A stretch of 64,000 bases of DNA from Octopus sinensis (Eukaryota). The DNA is taken from assembly GCF_006345805.1 (NCBI RefSeq), contig NC_043006.1:88784001-88848000 (forward strand), given 5' to 3'. Of the stretch, positions 12,850 to 26,444 are shown piece after piece. The notes under the pieces were generated by a model, which did no database searches, was not told where the DNA came from, and was given only the letters and a program-made list of their open reading frames with translations. A program made the translations under genes and the position numbers. How positions within the stretch are numbered: position 1 is the stretch's first letter; each line of letters begins with the position of its first letter.

Positions 12850-13072
12850 GATAAAATTTGAAATCCGTAGATTTTAGTATTACTCCACGCCGAATAAAAT
12901 ATGGCCTTTCGTCTGCCTTTACGTTCTGAATTCAAATTCCGCCCAGGTCGACTTCGTCTTTCATTTCTTTCGGGATTTATAAAATAAGTACCAGTTTAGC
13001 ACTTGGGTCGATATAATCGACTAGCCCTTCCCCCCGGAATTGTTGGCCTGGTACCAAAATTTGAAATCAACA
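12850..13072 (+). mobile_element. tRNA-derived SINE
   Basis: B-box-like gaattcaaattcc, body gtcgacttcgtctttc...ataagtaccag...aaatttgaaatca. Confidence 0.7.
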
Positions 13073-13109
13073 ATTTAGTCTGTGAGATAGTTTACTAACA
13101 TCGATGACT

Positions 13110-13425
13110 TAGTTATTATTCGTCGTGAGTTAGCATTCGGGTCTGATCGTAAGGTAGTTCGATTCGGCGACTTGTGTCCTTGAGCAAGACACTTCACGTT
13201 GCTCCGTCCACTCAGGGCAAAATGAGTTGTACTTGTATTTCAAAGGTCAGCCTTGTCACTCTCTGAATATTATCGAGAACTCGTTAAGGGTACACGTGTT
13301 GTAATGCTCAGTTTGCACGTTAATTTCAGAGCTGTTCCGTTGACGTATCAGCTGACCCTCGTCGTCGTAACCGGCGGAGTCTTTAGTTATTATTCAGCAG
13401 ATCTCTGCCTAAAACCATTCGAACC
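13110..13425 (+). mobile_element. tRNA-derived SINE, second family
   Basis: gttcgattc B-box followed by tgtgtccttgagcaagacactt body. Confidence 0.6.
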
Positions 13426-13430
13426 AGACA

Positions 13431-13470
13431 TACGAGGGGCTGCTAGTAAGTTTCTGGCCTGGTTGGAGAC
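13431..13470 (+). mobile_element. Possible mariner left TIR remnant
   Basis: TA+cgagggg...aagtt...gcctg resembles the reverse complement of the TIR at 35849-35882. Confidence 0.3.
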
Positions 13471-13904
13471 CCAGCCTTCCGTGTTCTTTTACAGGGTTTA
13501 GAAAACCTGAAGGAGTGCAGCAATAAATGGATGAATTTGGAAGAGGAATATGTTGAATGAAATCATAATTAACTTATCCGCTTGTATTTCCTTTTACCAA
13601 AACCCAGAAACTTTTCAGCACTCCTTCGCAATTATATCTGGTTATGTATAATTTAAATGCGTCACTTCTTTTTAGAGTTTAGTGTGTGATATTACGGAAA
13701 TTTGACAGCTATTTCTTACGGCTCGATCTCCAGCTTGTAGGCGACATCTCTTTGGCTTGTAATGCTTTATTCTAATCAATACATTATTGAATTGCCTGGG
13801 GATATTAGTTGCTGATATATTCATCAATGATCTCAGACATTACTACAGTGGAATGGTAAATTTGATGGTAGGACACCAAGTCAAATGTTTCACAGTAACT
13901 GTTT

Positions 13905-14100
13905 GTTTCTTTTTAATTTATTGTACTATGGCCATGCTGGGGCCATAGTACAATATGAACGTTTAATCGGACAAATCGCCCCAGTACTATTTTCACTTAT
14001 GTCACTCATTCTGTCGCTTACTTTTCCAAACTGCTAAGTTAAGAGATCATAAAAAATCCAACACCGTTTGTGAAGCATTAGAGGAGGTAAACACAAAGAC
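13905..14100 (+). mobile_element. SINE-like repeat (ggccatgctgggg family)
   Basis: Homologous to 36255-36392, 46715-46925 and (minus) 45318-45400. Confidence 0.55.
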
Positions 14101-14112
14101 TCACACATCCAT

Positions 14113-14212
<100 letters not shown>

Positions 14213-14419
14213 GTGAAATAGAAAGATGAATAATCTTGTAGTAGATTAATCAAAAGTTTAACCGATACCTTAGTAGCAAAAATCACAGCAGTAAACAGCA
14301 CGGTTTGAGGTACAACCATATGTGTTTGCAACCGTGCGTTGGTGCGGATAATTGAAATTAAAACATTATTGGTGAATTGAAGAAATGGAGCTGAACGCAG
14401 ATTGAACAGAATCGTTTTA

Positions 14420-14510
14420 TTTCATTCTACACCGTGTTTCGAAAGGCACAAATTACCAAAATCCGATTGAATAATGGGACCATATTGTGTCTTTCTCTTC
14501 AGGAAGAAAA
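14420..14510 (-). ncRNA. Type I hammerhead ribozyme with canonical core
   Basis: Stem I UUUUCUUC/GAAUGAAA (one mismatch, one GU); core CUGAAGA (14502-14496); stem II GAAAG/CUUUC + CACAA/UUGUG; GAAA (14440-14437); stem III ACA/UGU; GUA cleavage between 14428 and 14427. Confidence 0.75.
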
Positions 14511-15095
14511 TAGGAAATCCGTTGGAAAAACAAAAACAGAACAGAGGCGGAGCAAAAACAAATCGAACTATGCTCCTAAGAGCCCATGGCGAAACTGTTT
14601 ATCAGTGTATGTTGAGAACCGGTGGCTGAAGAATTTAACGGGTCAGGCATCGGTCAATCATGTGGGTGAGGGTGTGTAGGTGTTCTTTGTGACCGAGAAT
14701 AAAGTTCTGACTATTTAAGGAATATTGGATGTTTTATAAGGGGCGAGAAAAAATCTACTTAGAGACGTGTGTGTGTGTATACTGTTCTATATATGTGTGT
14801 TGGCGTAGGGGTAGAAAACATTTTTTGTGTACGTGTGTGCGTTTGATCGTTCGGCTGTCAGTGGCTACTGCCGTCAGAACCGTTGGGTGGCAGAAAAAAA
14901 AATATATATATTATGTTTTATGTGTGTGTGTGTTCATCTAAGCCTGCCTTGTCAAGGAAACCCCCCGCTGTGAAAAAACCAAACCCCGTTTGTCTTACAG
15001 GAGTAATTCCCCTTGCAGTGGCTAATCGTAGATATCTTAAAGGCTATTTCAGAATTTGTTACCAAGGCTATGGGTGCCGGTATTATTTATAAACG

Positions 15096-17781
15096 CTATT
15101 TAAAAGCCAGATAAGTGTAGCGCCGCCAATGGGGGCATCGAAAAGCCGACTGTAAAAGCCCGTTTACCATCCGGCCTCTGGCAAACAAAATATGGAAGAG
15201 TTCGGAGACACAAAGGTTGCACTGCCTTCTGCCCCTATCAAATGGGAGGGCCACCGACAAAATTGACCATTCCAGCCTGTAGCTTAAGTTCGTATCCTTC
15301 AGTCGCCATATTAGCTTACTGAGTCCCGTGGTCTGGCGCTTGTTCATGTCCCGAAAAGTTGCGTAATGGTTGGAGACACGCAAAGACAATCTTGAGGATG
15401 AGGCCCCTACATAAGTGAAGACATCTGAGTCCGTGTAAACCTTGCATTGGTAGACGGCGTTTTTGATCTTGGAGTTCGCCGACGTGAATCTTATTCTGCT
15501 AGGATTAGTTTCTGAAATTAGAACTGCGTTCCTGTCACTATATTCGTTCTGAGACCTGCAGCCGCTTACTACTCTATTTTCCACTACGTCACTATTAACT
15601 ATAGGAATAACTCCTGATTCTCCACTATCTATCAGAGTGCTGTCATTGCTACTGCCCGTGGTGCTGCTATTGCGGGAAATGATGCTGGGGATGCTATTGG
15701 GGCTCTCTACCCTACTCCCATTGTTACCGTCAACCACAACACCCCTATTTATAACTATACCCCTAGTGGGTACTCCCTGGCTGGAGCTGAGATTATGTGT
15801 CACTGTACTGGCTCTCATATCGTTATTACTACTATAACTATTCCTACTGAGCATTAAACCGGGAGCGGAAGAGGCTGTGCCTCCAGAGAGAGGTGATAGG
15901 GTCTTAGTAAGTAGCCTATTATTATGGGAGGCGATTATCTGGGCGAGGTTTTTAGTGTTGGAGAAAGCTATCCTAACTTTATGCGAGTTAACCGTGGAGT
16001 AATATTTGGAATTTCTGGGGAAGTTATTGGCGATGGCTTGTCTAAACATGAGGGGGAGGTTAGTTCTAATCTGCTTACCAAAGGGGATTACAACCATATA
16101 TGCTTATTCCTATCAGTGTGATGGGTCGGGACGCCAGCTCTCGCGTTCGGGTGGGTGATTCTCGGATGAACAACGGGTCTTGGGTTAGTGTAAGACCTCC
16201 CGGACCGATAATTATCCTTGTTCGATAAATTAAATGCGGGAGCGACTACGCCGGCATCCGCCGCGCTCCCGTCCTTACTTAAAATGTTAATGTTATTATA
16301 TACGGCCCTATCCTGATGACCGAATGATGGCATCGGAAGGGCCGGATCAATATAATTACCTTCTGCCTATAACCGGCCTTGGATAGTGCGGCGTTATAAA
16401 ATTCCGCTTTCTGCATAAAAATATCGGCACTGGCGGACAAGCCAGACAATCTTAGAGAGATGTTTTTAACCAAATTGTCTGTTACGGTTTTGGCATGATT
16501 TGAGAAGACACTGACATACTTCAAATTAGTGGAAGGCTTATGGTAAGGGCAGTATGAGTCGCTATTAAGGTTAAGTGTAACGTCTAGGAAATTAGCCTTG
16601 GTGAGTTCATTATCAAAAACTATACTCATGCCCATTCTATTAAAAAACCTAGCTAACCTGCTCTTAGTTTTCTGCACTATTCTGTCCGTGGTGTTTTGCA
16701 GGTAAAACAGACAATCGTCACGATACAGGCCGCCCGCGATCTCCGGGAATTGGTCGGACAATTCGTAGAGAATATATATTCCGACCAAATCGGCTATCTG
16801 CGCACTATCCGAACTACCCATAGGCACATCAAATTCATTGGGAGTATCTTTACGGATCCACAACTTATTATCAAACTTAATAAACGATTTCCTGGCAACT
16901 AAAATGATATCTATCTCTTCTCTGGTGAGGCCAGCCTTGTTGTGAGCATGCCAGAGGGCCTTATTTAGCACACTAGAGTTAATCGAGGGGTAGAAGCTGG
17001 CGATATCAAACTGAATGAACCTAGTACGGTTCTTATTGGGGATGGAAGAGAACCACTTCACTACCTGCGAGGAGTTGGCCCAGAGGCTGAGCTTCAGCTT
17101 GTTTACTAAACTAGGGATATATTTATCTAAAATGTACTTACTGATTATCCCGATATCAGATCTAGCAGGGCATATGAGTCTTAGCGCTGGGTTGGTGTGG
17201 AAGTTCGGTTTATGGTCCTTCACTATAAATCTGGGTTGCTTAGGGCTAAACGGCTGAGTTCTCATTTGAATTCGGTGTTTAAATATTATTTCCTTAATTT
17301 CCAAGTTTACCTTCCTCAGGGTACTCCAATTGGTTTTTCTATAATTTTTCTTGATCTCTTTACCGAGTAAATCTAGGTACTGCTTAATGGGCATCTTGTA
17401 TGTGTTCCTGGTCTTGTCGGACTGGACCAGGACTCCGTCCGTTCTATTAATGTCCTTGGTAATTTTATCTAGGTATCTGAGGTGGGCATTTCTCCTGGGT
17501 GACTTCCTGAACTTAATCTTTCTAACTATGTCCCACAAGTCGTCCTCAAACTTCTTCAGTCTTGGGTTAGGTGGCGGCGTATCCAATGTTTTAAAAAGCC
17601 GGCCGTATTCGGACGATGCTGTTGTCCGGTTCGATTTTAGATCTTCGTTCTCGTGGAAGAAAATGAGCCATCTTATCCTGTTTATGAATGCGTTGGTTTT
17701 ACAAACCAATTCCTTAAGGAAGGCATCCTTCGGTGGTATAGGAATATCCTTAAGGGACGCATCAATCTCGAACAACTCCAT
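15096..17781 (-). CDS. PLE reverse transcriptase - GIY-YIG endonuclease polyprotein (about 895 aa after repairing two 1-nt deletions)
   Basis: N-terminal SLKDIPIP...RIRW; RT motifs FIQFDIASFYPSI, FDVPMGS...LVGIYIL, GLYRDD, NFLDVTL; linker IW..IPF...TN, IIASHN; nuclease VY...YVG...R...H, CNLC..E, N. Frameshifts at about 16354 and about 16090 join three ORFs. Confidence 0.9.
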
Positions 17782-18112
17782 TATTGGTATCGGTTAAAGT
17801 ATATATGTATATATATATATATATATATAAATATATATACATATATATATGTATATACATATTTATACATTTATGTATACGACTGGCTTCCACAAAGATT
17901 CTGTCCGCCAAAATATAAGGACACAGATATTGTGTCCTATAGCCAGCTGGAAACGATGTTTCCTGGGACTAAACAACAATAAAAATCGTCCATTCCAGGA
18001 CAGTCACATCATGTAGGCAAATAGTCTTTACTTTAAAGAACTGTTACTGAATATCTTTCTTTGAGAGATTTAGAAATAATAATAATAGTAATATATATAT
18101 ATATATGTGTGT

Positions 18113-18147
<35 letters not shown>

Positions 18148-18404
18148 TGTGTGTGTGTGTTGTGTGTGTGTATGTTGTGTGTGTATGTATGTACGTATGT
18201 ATGTATGTATGTATGTATATAAGGAAAGTAAGACAGAAAGGTAGAAAATACTAAATAATTTTATCATGAAGGAATTTTAGTACCGGTTTCAGTCATTGTG
18301 ACTTTCAGTCATTGTGACTTTTTCAACTTAGAGTAAAGTATGAAAAACAATTAAATTGTGGAAAAATCAAATGAAATGTTTTTTTTAAATATATATTTCT
18401 ATAG

Positions 18405-18481
18405 AAGAAGAAGAAGAAGAAGAAGAAGAAGAAGAAGAAGAGAAGAAGAAGAAGAAGAAGAAGAAGAAGAAGAAGAAGAAC
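18405..18481. repeat. (GAA)n microsatellite
   Basis: Seen directly. Confidence 0.95.
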
Positions 18482-18699
18482 GCGGAAGTGGTATGACAGT
18501 AGCTGGATGTTGAGGAAATCCACTTAAATGGTCAAGTGACCTGAAAGTGACTCATTGTGGATGATAGTAGTTATTGAAATCGTTCTGCATAAATTCTTGT
18601 AGAGACTCTTTTGAATATATCGCTTTTAATATTTGCATGGGTGTTATTCTAAGGCCCTGGTGACAGTGTCATTTGTTCTGGATGCATACAAAATGTGTT

Positions 18700-18960
18700 G
18701 GTATTTTGTGATAAAGAATGACTCTTTACTAATACGCTGACTAAAGGTTGTATCGTCCCAGGATTGATACAGGAGACAACTGATGAAGAAAATGTTCTTT
18801 GTGTTGTATGTCTCGTTTCTCTGATATTTTCGTTGTTCGAAAATAAGTTCGTTTTCTATGTTTTTGTCTTTTGTGTTCTGGTTTCTCCTTCTGTCCACGT
18901 TTTTATGTCCTGTACTCATATATGCATGTATATATACATATACATGTAAGTGTGAACATA
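18700..18960 (+). mobile_element. Fragment related to the 847-bp/12.4-kb family
   Basis: caaCTGATGAag...ttcgttgttcgaaa...atgtcctgtac...tatatgcatgtatatatac shared with those elements. Confidence 0.45.
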
Positions 18961-19008
18961 TATGTATATATATATATATATGCATATATTTATATGTTAT
19001 TTATATTA

Positions 19009-19079
<71 letters not shown>

Positions 19080-19504
19080 AGAGAGAGATAGATCCAATAT
19101 AGGTAGAATCAACAAAAATGTACTCCATCCAGTGATCCGGTGAAAGATAAATATCAGTTTAATACACAATCGAAAGAGCCTTGCAGCATCTCTGAGACCA
19201 GTGAGCTTGATGCCGTTAATAATCGGTTTAAACTTTTACGTGTCAATACCTGCCGAGAAAAGACATGGGGAGGAGCGAATTCTAGTCGGAAGAATTTTGG
19301 GGAAGGAAGGACTGGAAATAGTGGTTAGTGCGGAGCCGGAATGTTGGACGCCACAAGGGTGACAATACATGGAGCTACTGGCGAATCATGATAACCTGAA
19401 GAAAAAATGTAGGAGACCGGCTAACTCCTAGGAGCAAGGGCCATTATTGCAGTAACAGAAAAGACAAAGAGAGGAGGCATCACACTTTCAGGACAGGCTG
19501 GAAC

Positions 19505-19560
19505 AAGTGAAGTATCAAGTGAAGGGTCAAGTGAAGGATCAACTGAAGTGTCAAGTGGTA
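19505..19560. repeat. 12-bp minisatellite (caagtgaagNNt) x about 4.5
   Basis: Imperfect tandem repeat seen directly. Confidence 0.8.
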
Positions 19561-21223
19561 TCTTCTCTGAGAGGTCCGGTTGCAATACTTCATCGTGGGA
19601 CTCATTTTAGCTTTATAGAACATCTGCAACTGTTGGCGACAATAAAGAGAAACAAGGAATACTTAACAGTGCTCTCAACACAGTCAATAAATCTGTGTAC
19701 ATAGAGAATGAAAAAATTTAGTGATAACATCAGAATACATAGTTTTGTAACTCAATTCTACAATTATTTGCTTTCTGACTTATTGGGAATTCTGCACTCA
19801 ACATCATTTTTTTATCATTTGTTTTATTTTAAAGACATTTTATTTTATTGGAGTTCACTAACAACTTGTCCATTAGAAGCAACATGTCTTATTTAATATT
19901 GTATATTACACACACACACACACACAATCTATAATTAAAAAAAACACATACATTTGAGATAAATTCAATAAGTCACACCAAACGTTCCATCCCGTAAAGA
20001 AGCTGGAACAAAATAAAATCAATCTAAAATATATTAACTATCTACTCAACCAAGAAATACCTTTTACAATATTAAATACACCTAAATTTTTCAATAAATA
20101 AATATGTCCTTAATTAGTTTTGCAGTTAAATTCACAAGCTTACAAGAAAATACACACACAAGCAAATCTTTAAGATTTTCTAATCATGAACAAAAGAAAA
20201 TTCACACCAATCAGTATTTATTAACACATTACAATAACACATTACAATATACAAATATGCCCTGCCCCCCGCAACCATCACACCAAAAGAAAAACAGAAA
20301 AGCCACAATTTCCTGTCTATAATTTGAACATCCTTTTAAATAACCACTTCCTTGCTTTGTTCGCGTACAAAAATCTTCAATCGTTTTTGCTGTTTTGGAG
20401 CGGTCACGTTGCGTAAAGCAATATCATCAGATACCAAACTGAAGCTTATTGCAACACTAAACGAATGAAGAATGAAAAGTGTTGTTGCTGAATTATTGAG
20501 ATTTGATCTGTCAAAATTTAAAAAAAAATTGTAATGAATCATTGTTAAAATAGACTTCAACATGCAAAACGCTTCTTAACTAACACCGACAAGGAGTAAA
20601 AAAAATCATAGAAAAATATTCAAGATATTAAGCAGTTAGTTGGAATATGCCAACTTCTCCCCAGCCGTTATTTTGCAAAAATAATTAAATTATTGACACG
20701 CTTGCAATGAAAGGAATTTGAGCAGATTACAGCAACGTGTGTGGATTCTAATGGATGGTCCGAATATTGAAGAAACTTCCTATTCTTCATAATATTTGAA
20801 TAACAGAAAAATTATCACGTGTTGACATTCATGTCCCTACGAAATTCTTGGCACTGCTGAAAATGATATACAAAAGGATAAATATACACTAAATCTAGTT
20901 TTGAATATAAGCAAACGTTGGTAAGTTTTGAAGAGATTACCCTCCAAATGTTTCACATCAACGGTTGACAAAATATCACCTGGGTATACGATGCTATAGC
21001 AGAAGACACTTGCCCAAGATACAACGATGTTCAGACATCGATGGAAAGACTCTTCTACAAAAGAGTTCAATGCAGAAAATGACCACCTCATGTTCTTGTA
21101 AGGAGCGCAATGTTGGAAAATGGAAACTTAACCCATTGTTTATCAGTTTGATACTCCGAGAGTAATAAAAAGTAACGCCAAGTCTAGTACTCCTCTGCTC
21201 AATGTAAATCAAATTTTTCATAC

Positions 21224-21273
<50 letters not shown>

Positions 21274-22341
21274 ATATATATAATATATATATATATAACA
21301 GTATAGTTAACATTTAAAAACATTAAGATTTACAGTCTTGAAAAGGTTAGTTCGGGGAACGGGCAACCAAACCACAATTAAGAAAGAGATGGTTCCTTTT
21401 ATCTTTTTATCTTATGATACAATTCAACTAGATATATATAAACACCAAAAACTGGAACTTAGCAAATTATTATTTTGAGTTCCTCAATTTTATTCTTCGA
21501 ACGAAGAACAAGAGAGCAACATAAATATAGTGCAGAGGAAAGATGTTAAAATATCGTAACAAGCTTTGTTTGGTTTAGAAATTTCTTTTATTGGTTGACA
21601 ACAAGAAACCGAAGCTTTTCTTATTTAGTCTTGGAGTAGTCACGTGATCAAGATGAACGATTAACATATGTCCAATACTCTCCTGTGCAGATAGAGTTAT
21701 AAGAGAATGCAAGTCTCTTCAGATATTCATATAGTCTGAAATCAAATTTATCTTATTAAATATTCTAACTTCCTTCAAAGGAATACCATAATAAAAATCA
21801 AATTATGAGGAAAATTGTTATAATATGATTTGTGAAGGACTGTGGCTTTAAAGCTGATTTGTTGTCCAACCTTATACGCATGCAGTAGGTAATCAACTGA
21901 GTGCTTGTATCCTCAAGGGTCAAAACTGTCAAGAGATTTCCTAATTTATATGTGTGTAGGAAGCGATGGCGTAGTGTTTAGGGTGTTGGGATTTCTTTTA
22001 CGTTGATCCAGTTCATTCAGCTGGAAAAAACGAGAAATCCTGCGACAGATCGGCATCCTGCCAAGGTGGTAGAGGGATATATACGTCACAGAAACTGGGA
22101 AACCGGCCTTATGAATTTATATGACTCAGGAAGGAGTTTCATTCATTATCCTTATGTGGTGGTGGCGGTGGTGGTGGTTGTGTGTGTATACGTGTTCTAC
22201 GATTAGTGACCAGTCTCAAAACTTAACTGTCTTAAAGTAATACACAGTGTAATGCGGTTTAGGATACATAATACTAGACCAGAGACGTAATAGACACAGT
22301 TGGAAATCGCATCAGTAAATATTCATATTCACACATGTGCG

Positions 22342-22380
<39 letters not shown>

Positions 22381-23783
22381 ACACTCACACGCACACACAC
22401 ACATGCACATAACATACACAGAAACACCATATGCACACATACACTCCAATATAGGAAGAAGGGTTTATAAAGTAAGCGTTGCAAATAATCTCGTGCGCGT
22501 GAGTATGAAATACGGACTCTACTACAGTTTCAGTCTGTGAAATTCTACCCACAAGTCTTCGGAGTACCGAAAGCTCCAGTAGAAAAGACACTTGCTCACA
22601 CTGCAAGATCTAACTTGGATCGAAGTTGTTGGCCACGTGGTTATGTTTATCCCGATAAAAACCTTTCTGTATCCAATATTTTAAGAATATTGTAGAGATG
22701 AAATCCAGCATTTGATGAATATGGTAAAGATAAAATTTCATTGAGCTGATCTATTGAGATTTTTAATTCCTTGCAACTTAGATTTATTTTAATTTACAAT
22801 TCTCTTGAGATAAATAGGGATACTACGCAATTGCGATTTGCATTCACTTGTAACTATGTCGCCTTTTGCCGAAGATCGTAAGCAATATATACATATACAG
22901 CCACCGATGTTTGTTTTCTCATGCACAAAACGCCGTTGTTTTGTTAGTAGGTAGTATAAGCATGAAACATACGTAGCCCCGAGTAGAAATTGCAGAAACT
23001 ACTTAAAGATGTGACAAGCTCTTTTCTTGATGGTAACTGAAGTTAACACATTGATTGGAACCTGCCTGTATCATCTGTGAGTATATCAGGGTCACGAGCG
23101 ATTTATCTTTAACTTGAATGCTTCCCTTGAGTGTAGCAGCAGCGAGAACTGGACTCGCCCTTGCCTACAGAAGGATTCCATCTGCAATTTCTTGTTAACC
23201 ACAACCAGCTTTAACTGTTCTCAACTGCTATGCTATCCCTTGCTGACTTGCTTCTGTTCTTTGAGTTCCGAACTAGTCTTCTGTAGGAATCAGTGCACTG
23301 ATCTCGCTGGGAACCTTCATTGAGGAATGAGACAACTTCATTGGGGAATGGGGCTATATACAGTGCTTTGACTTGAGCCTCGTCAAGAAGCTCCAGTTAT
23401 TTGGCTTTCTTCACTTGGTGCCATCTACGATCTGCTGTTAATAGCAAATTCAGCTTTGGTTTCCTCTTAAAACCAGCTAGGCTTTCAGTTTCAGTTGCTG
23501 AGGAGAAAGGTTCTGGGCACTCTGATTTTCCTATTCCTCCTTCAACGGCTAAGCAGTTCTAACATTCTTAGCAATTAACCTTTGCGCAGTATCAGGTGCT
23601 TTGTGCATTTTTAATGATAAGACAGCCACACTGATATAATTAATGACAAGAACAGAAATAAATGAATAAGTAACACCTTCATAGATCTATAATTATTAAG
23701 TCGACCATATAAAGATATGATTAATTGTAACGTAACCATATACATACAATTAATAAGACCACTATATATATATATATATATAT

Positions 23784-23947
23784 ACGACAGGTTTCTTTCA
23801 GTTTCTGCCTACCAAATCCACTCACAAGTTTTTGGACAGCCCGATGCTATAGCAGAAGACACCTGCCCAAGATACCACGCAGTGGAACTGTAGCCGGAAT
23901 CATCTGGTTGGGAAGCAAGCTTCTTACCACACAGCCATTTCTGCGCC
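23784..23947 (-). mobile_element. tRNA-derived SINE
   Basis: Reverse complement reads tggctgtgtggtaagaagcttgcttcc...gttccactgcgtgg...cttgggcaggtgtcttct; ends at (TA)n. Confidence 0.8.
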
Positions 23948-26269
23948 ACATGTATGTATATATATATGTGTGTGTGTGTGTGTCTGTGTGCCTGTGTGTG
24001 CATGTGTGCGTGTGTGTGTGTATACATATACACATATATATGCATGTATGTGGGGTGGGGGTGTACGCGGGTGTTCTGTAAAGCTCCTGGCTTTGAGTAA
24101 AAGAACATACATGTGGTAGATTATACATTACTTATAATTTTATTCAACATATTCCCCTCTCAGATTTACTCTCTCATTGCAGCGGTCCCTCAGTTTTCCT
24201 AAAAGCACAGAAGGTTGGGCCTCCTGTCAGGCCTTTCGCGATACCCTTAAAGCTACAAACTGTTCAACAGCCCCTCAAACAGTTATTAATGAGGATTTAT
24301 TAGTCCGGGCAAAATACTTCATAAGTTATTTGACAAAACCGATTAATAGGCCGATTGAGTAAACCTATCAATAAAGAGTATATGACTACTGGAAACAGTT
24401 GTAAGTCAAATTTACTACAATAAAGAAAAATATGTAATGATTATTATTCATGCGTTGTCCAAGAATTCACTATGTATATGAAAGTTAGTTGCAATCCTTT
24501 TCTCTACATCCATCTCCAGGACGAAGCAAGAATTTAGTTGAACGCGTGAAGATGCTTAGTTTAGTGGTTAGGGGTAATCGGCTGAACCACATTCCACTCA
24601 TTCGCAAAATAGTGGTGAACCGATGCTATATTAGAAGGAACTTGCCCCTACATGTTACGTAGTAGGATATCGAAACCGATAACACGTATTTGCAAAGCGA
24701 ATCAGCCATATCTAAAACCCAGTTAGCTTGACATTGCAGTTATTGTTGCCATTATTTATGCAGCCATTGTCGTTATTATTTATGCAGCCATTGTCGTTAC
24801 CCAGTCCGCCATGAAGGATTTCATCGATATAATTTATTTCACAATTGCCGTTGCCTGTTTTAAGTTGTCTGTTATATATTACATATTATTCCGCATCACT
24901 TGGAGTCTTTGCAAATGATGTGTTTATGTTGTCGCCGTTGTTATTGTTGATGTTTTAGTTGTTTTTCTTTTTGTTGATATTGCTTCTACAATTATGATAA
25001 TAATTTCATTTGCTTGCTGTATACTGCGTATTTGTATGCGACATGTTGCATGCTAAATGTTTCTTATATATTGCACACAAACATATTGCATTTGTAAAAC
25101 GTCACTGTATCAATATCTCCACAAGGCTGAATGTACAATGAGTTGCTATTTTCAAATTCTGCATTTTTTAATCATTTTTAACACTTGTACCTCGAGAGGG
25201 AAACAAAATTTTATTCGACTGTATTCCTAATCCGCATGCTCCAATACAATTTTAGAACAAAACATTAATTATGCATAAGTTACATACGTTCGTGGATATA
25301 TTTTTTTCATTAAATCCCTTTCAAAAGTTTTTTAACATATTATGGATATAAAAATCAGAATGCAGTAAAGCGATGCTAATGTAAATTCTGTAAAGTCTAT
25401 GAGCAGAGAACATCAACCATAAACTACAGCATGGTCTTACTCAATGTCCAAATAACAAACCGCATCGTAATTAAATTTCAAGTTAATATTTGAAAGTACA
25501 GGGTCTGTTTATGATCACTTCTAAACTAGAACACTATAAGCAAACTTTGGTATTAAAACATGAATCTAGGTTTGATACTGCGTGCTCTTAACACTTTACA
25601 ACTTTCAGGGACAGTATCGAGTATATCTATCACAAAATCTGAAGAAATAAGACGTAGTTACATGCCTAAGAAGTGTGCTTGAGAGTTCAGGATTTCGAGT
25701 TCGATACCACTGCACAGAACGTTGAGCAAGGGTTATATTAAGCCCCGGGGCAACAAAAATTTTGTGTGTTGAATTGGATAAACAGAAATTGTAAGGAAGC
25801 GAGTGGATGGAATTTTCTACTCGTTCACAGTAGGCTTAATTCGTTACTCGACTCATTGTCATTTGCTCCCTGGGTACCTTTGGTGGATTAATATTACGTT
25901 GCAAGCGTTACGGCCTACTTTCTAGTCTGATATCTTCTCCCTCTCCGCAACTAGTTTCGGAGACACTGGAGATACCTCATCTTCATAATAATACGAATCA
26001 ACTTGACTAAATACAATGACCTATCAACAACCCAAAAGAGAATTCATCGTTTTTATTTTGAGTGATCAACAGTAGTTCTACAATACCAAGTGGTGGGTTG
26101 TTAGAACCGTTTGATAAAATACTTTGTGGTATTTGTTCCGACTCTTTACGTTCTGTGTTCAAATCTCGTTACTATCAACTTTATTTTTCATACATCCAAG
26201 ATCGGTAAAATAAATTGGGCTCAATATAGTCAACTAAACCCTTCCACGTGAAGCTCAGGCCTTTACCTA

Positions 26270-26444
26270 TCTTATAAACATTTATTACTTTGAGTCCAAA
26301 CCCTGACGAGGTCGATTTTGACTTTAATTCTTTCAGAATCGATAATTAACAGTCAAGCCCTGCGGTCGATGTAATCGACTTCCCCACTCCAAAATTTCAG
26401 ACCTTCTGCCTATAGTAGAAAGGATTATTATTATTATTATTATT
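26270..26444 (+). mobile_element. SINE with (ATT)n tail, target of the LINE insertion
   Basis: gtcgattttgacttt...gtcgatgtaatcgact...gcctatagtagaaagg(att)7. The tail continues as (att)(gtt)n after 32307. Confidence 0.7.
26423..26444. repeat. Left target-site duplication g(att)7
   Basis: Identical 22-mer at 32307-32328. Confidence 0.85.

Noticed and set aside
15096-17781. Naiad/Chlamys-type or selenoprotein PLE
   Set aside because: The endonuclease is C-terminal to the RT and no in-frame TGA is needed; the breaks are frameshifts.
21690-21725. Minus-strand CTGAAGA core and a possible small exon
   Set aside because: No closing GAAA or stem; the exon frame is not recognisable and has only a weak donor.
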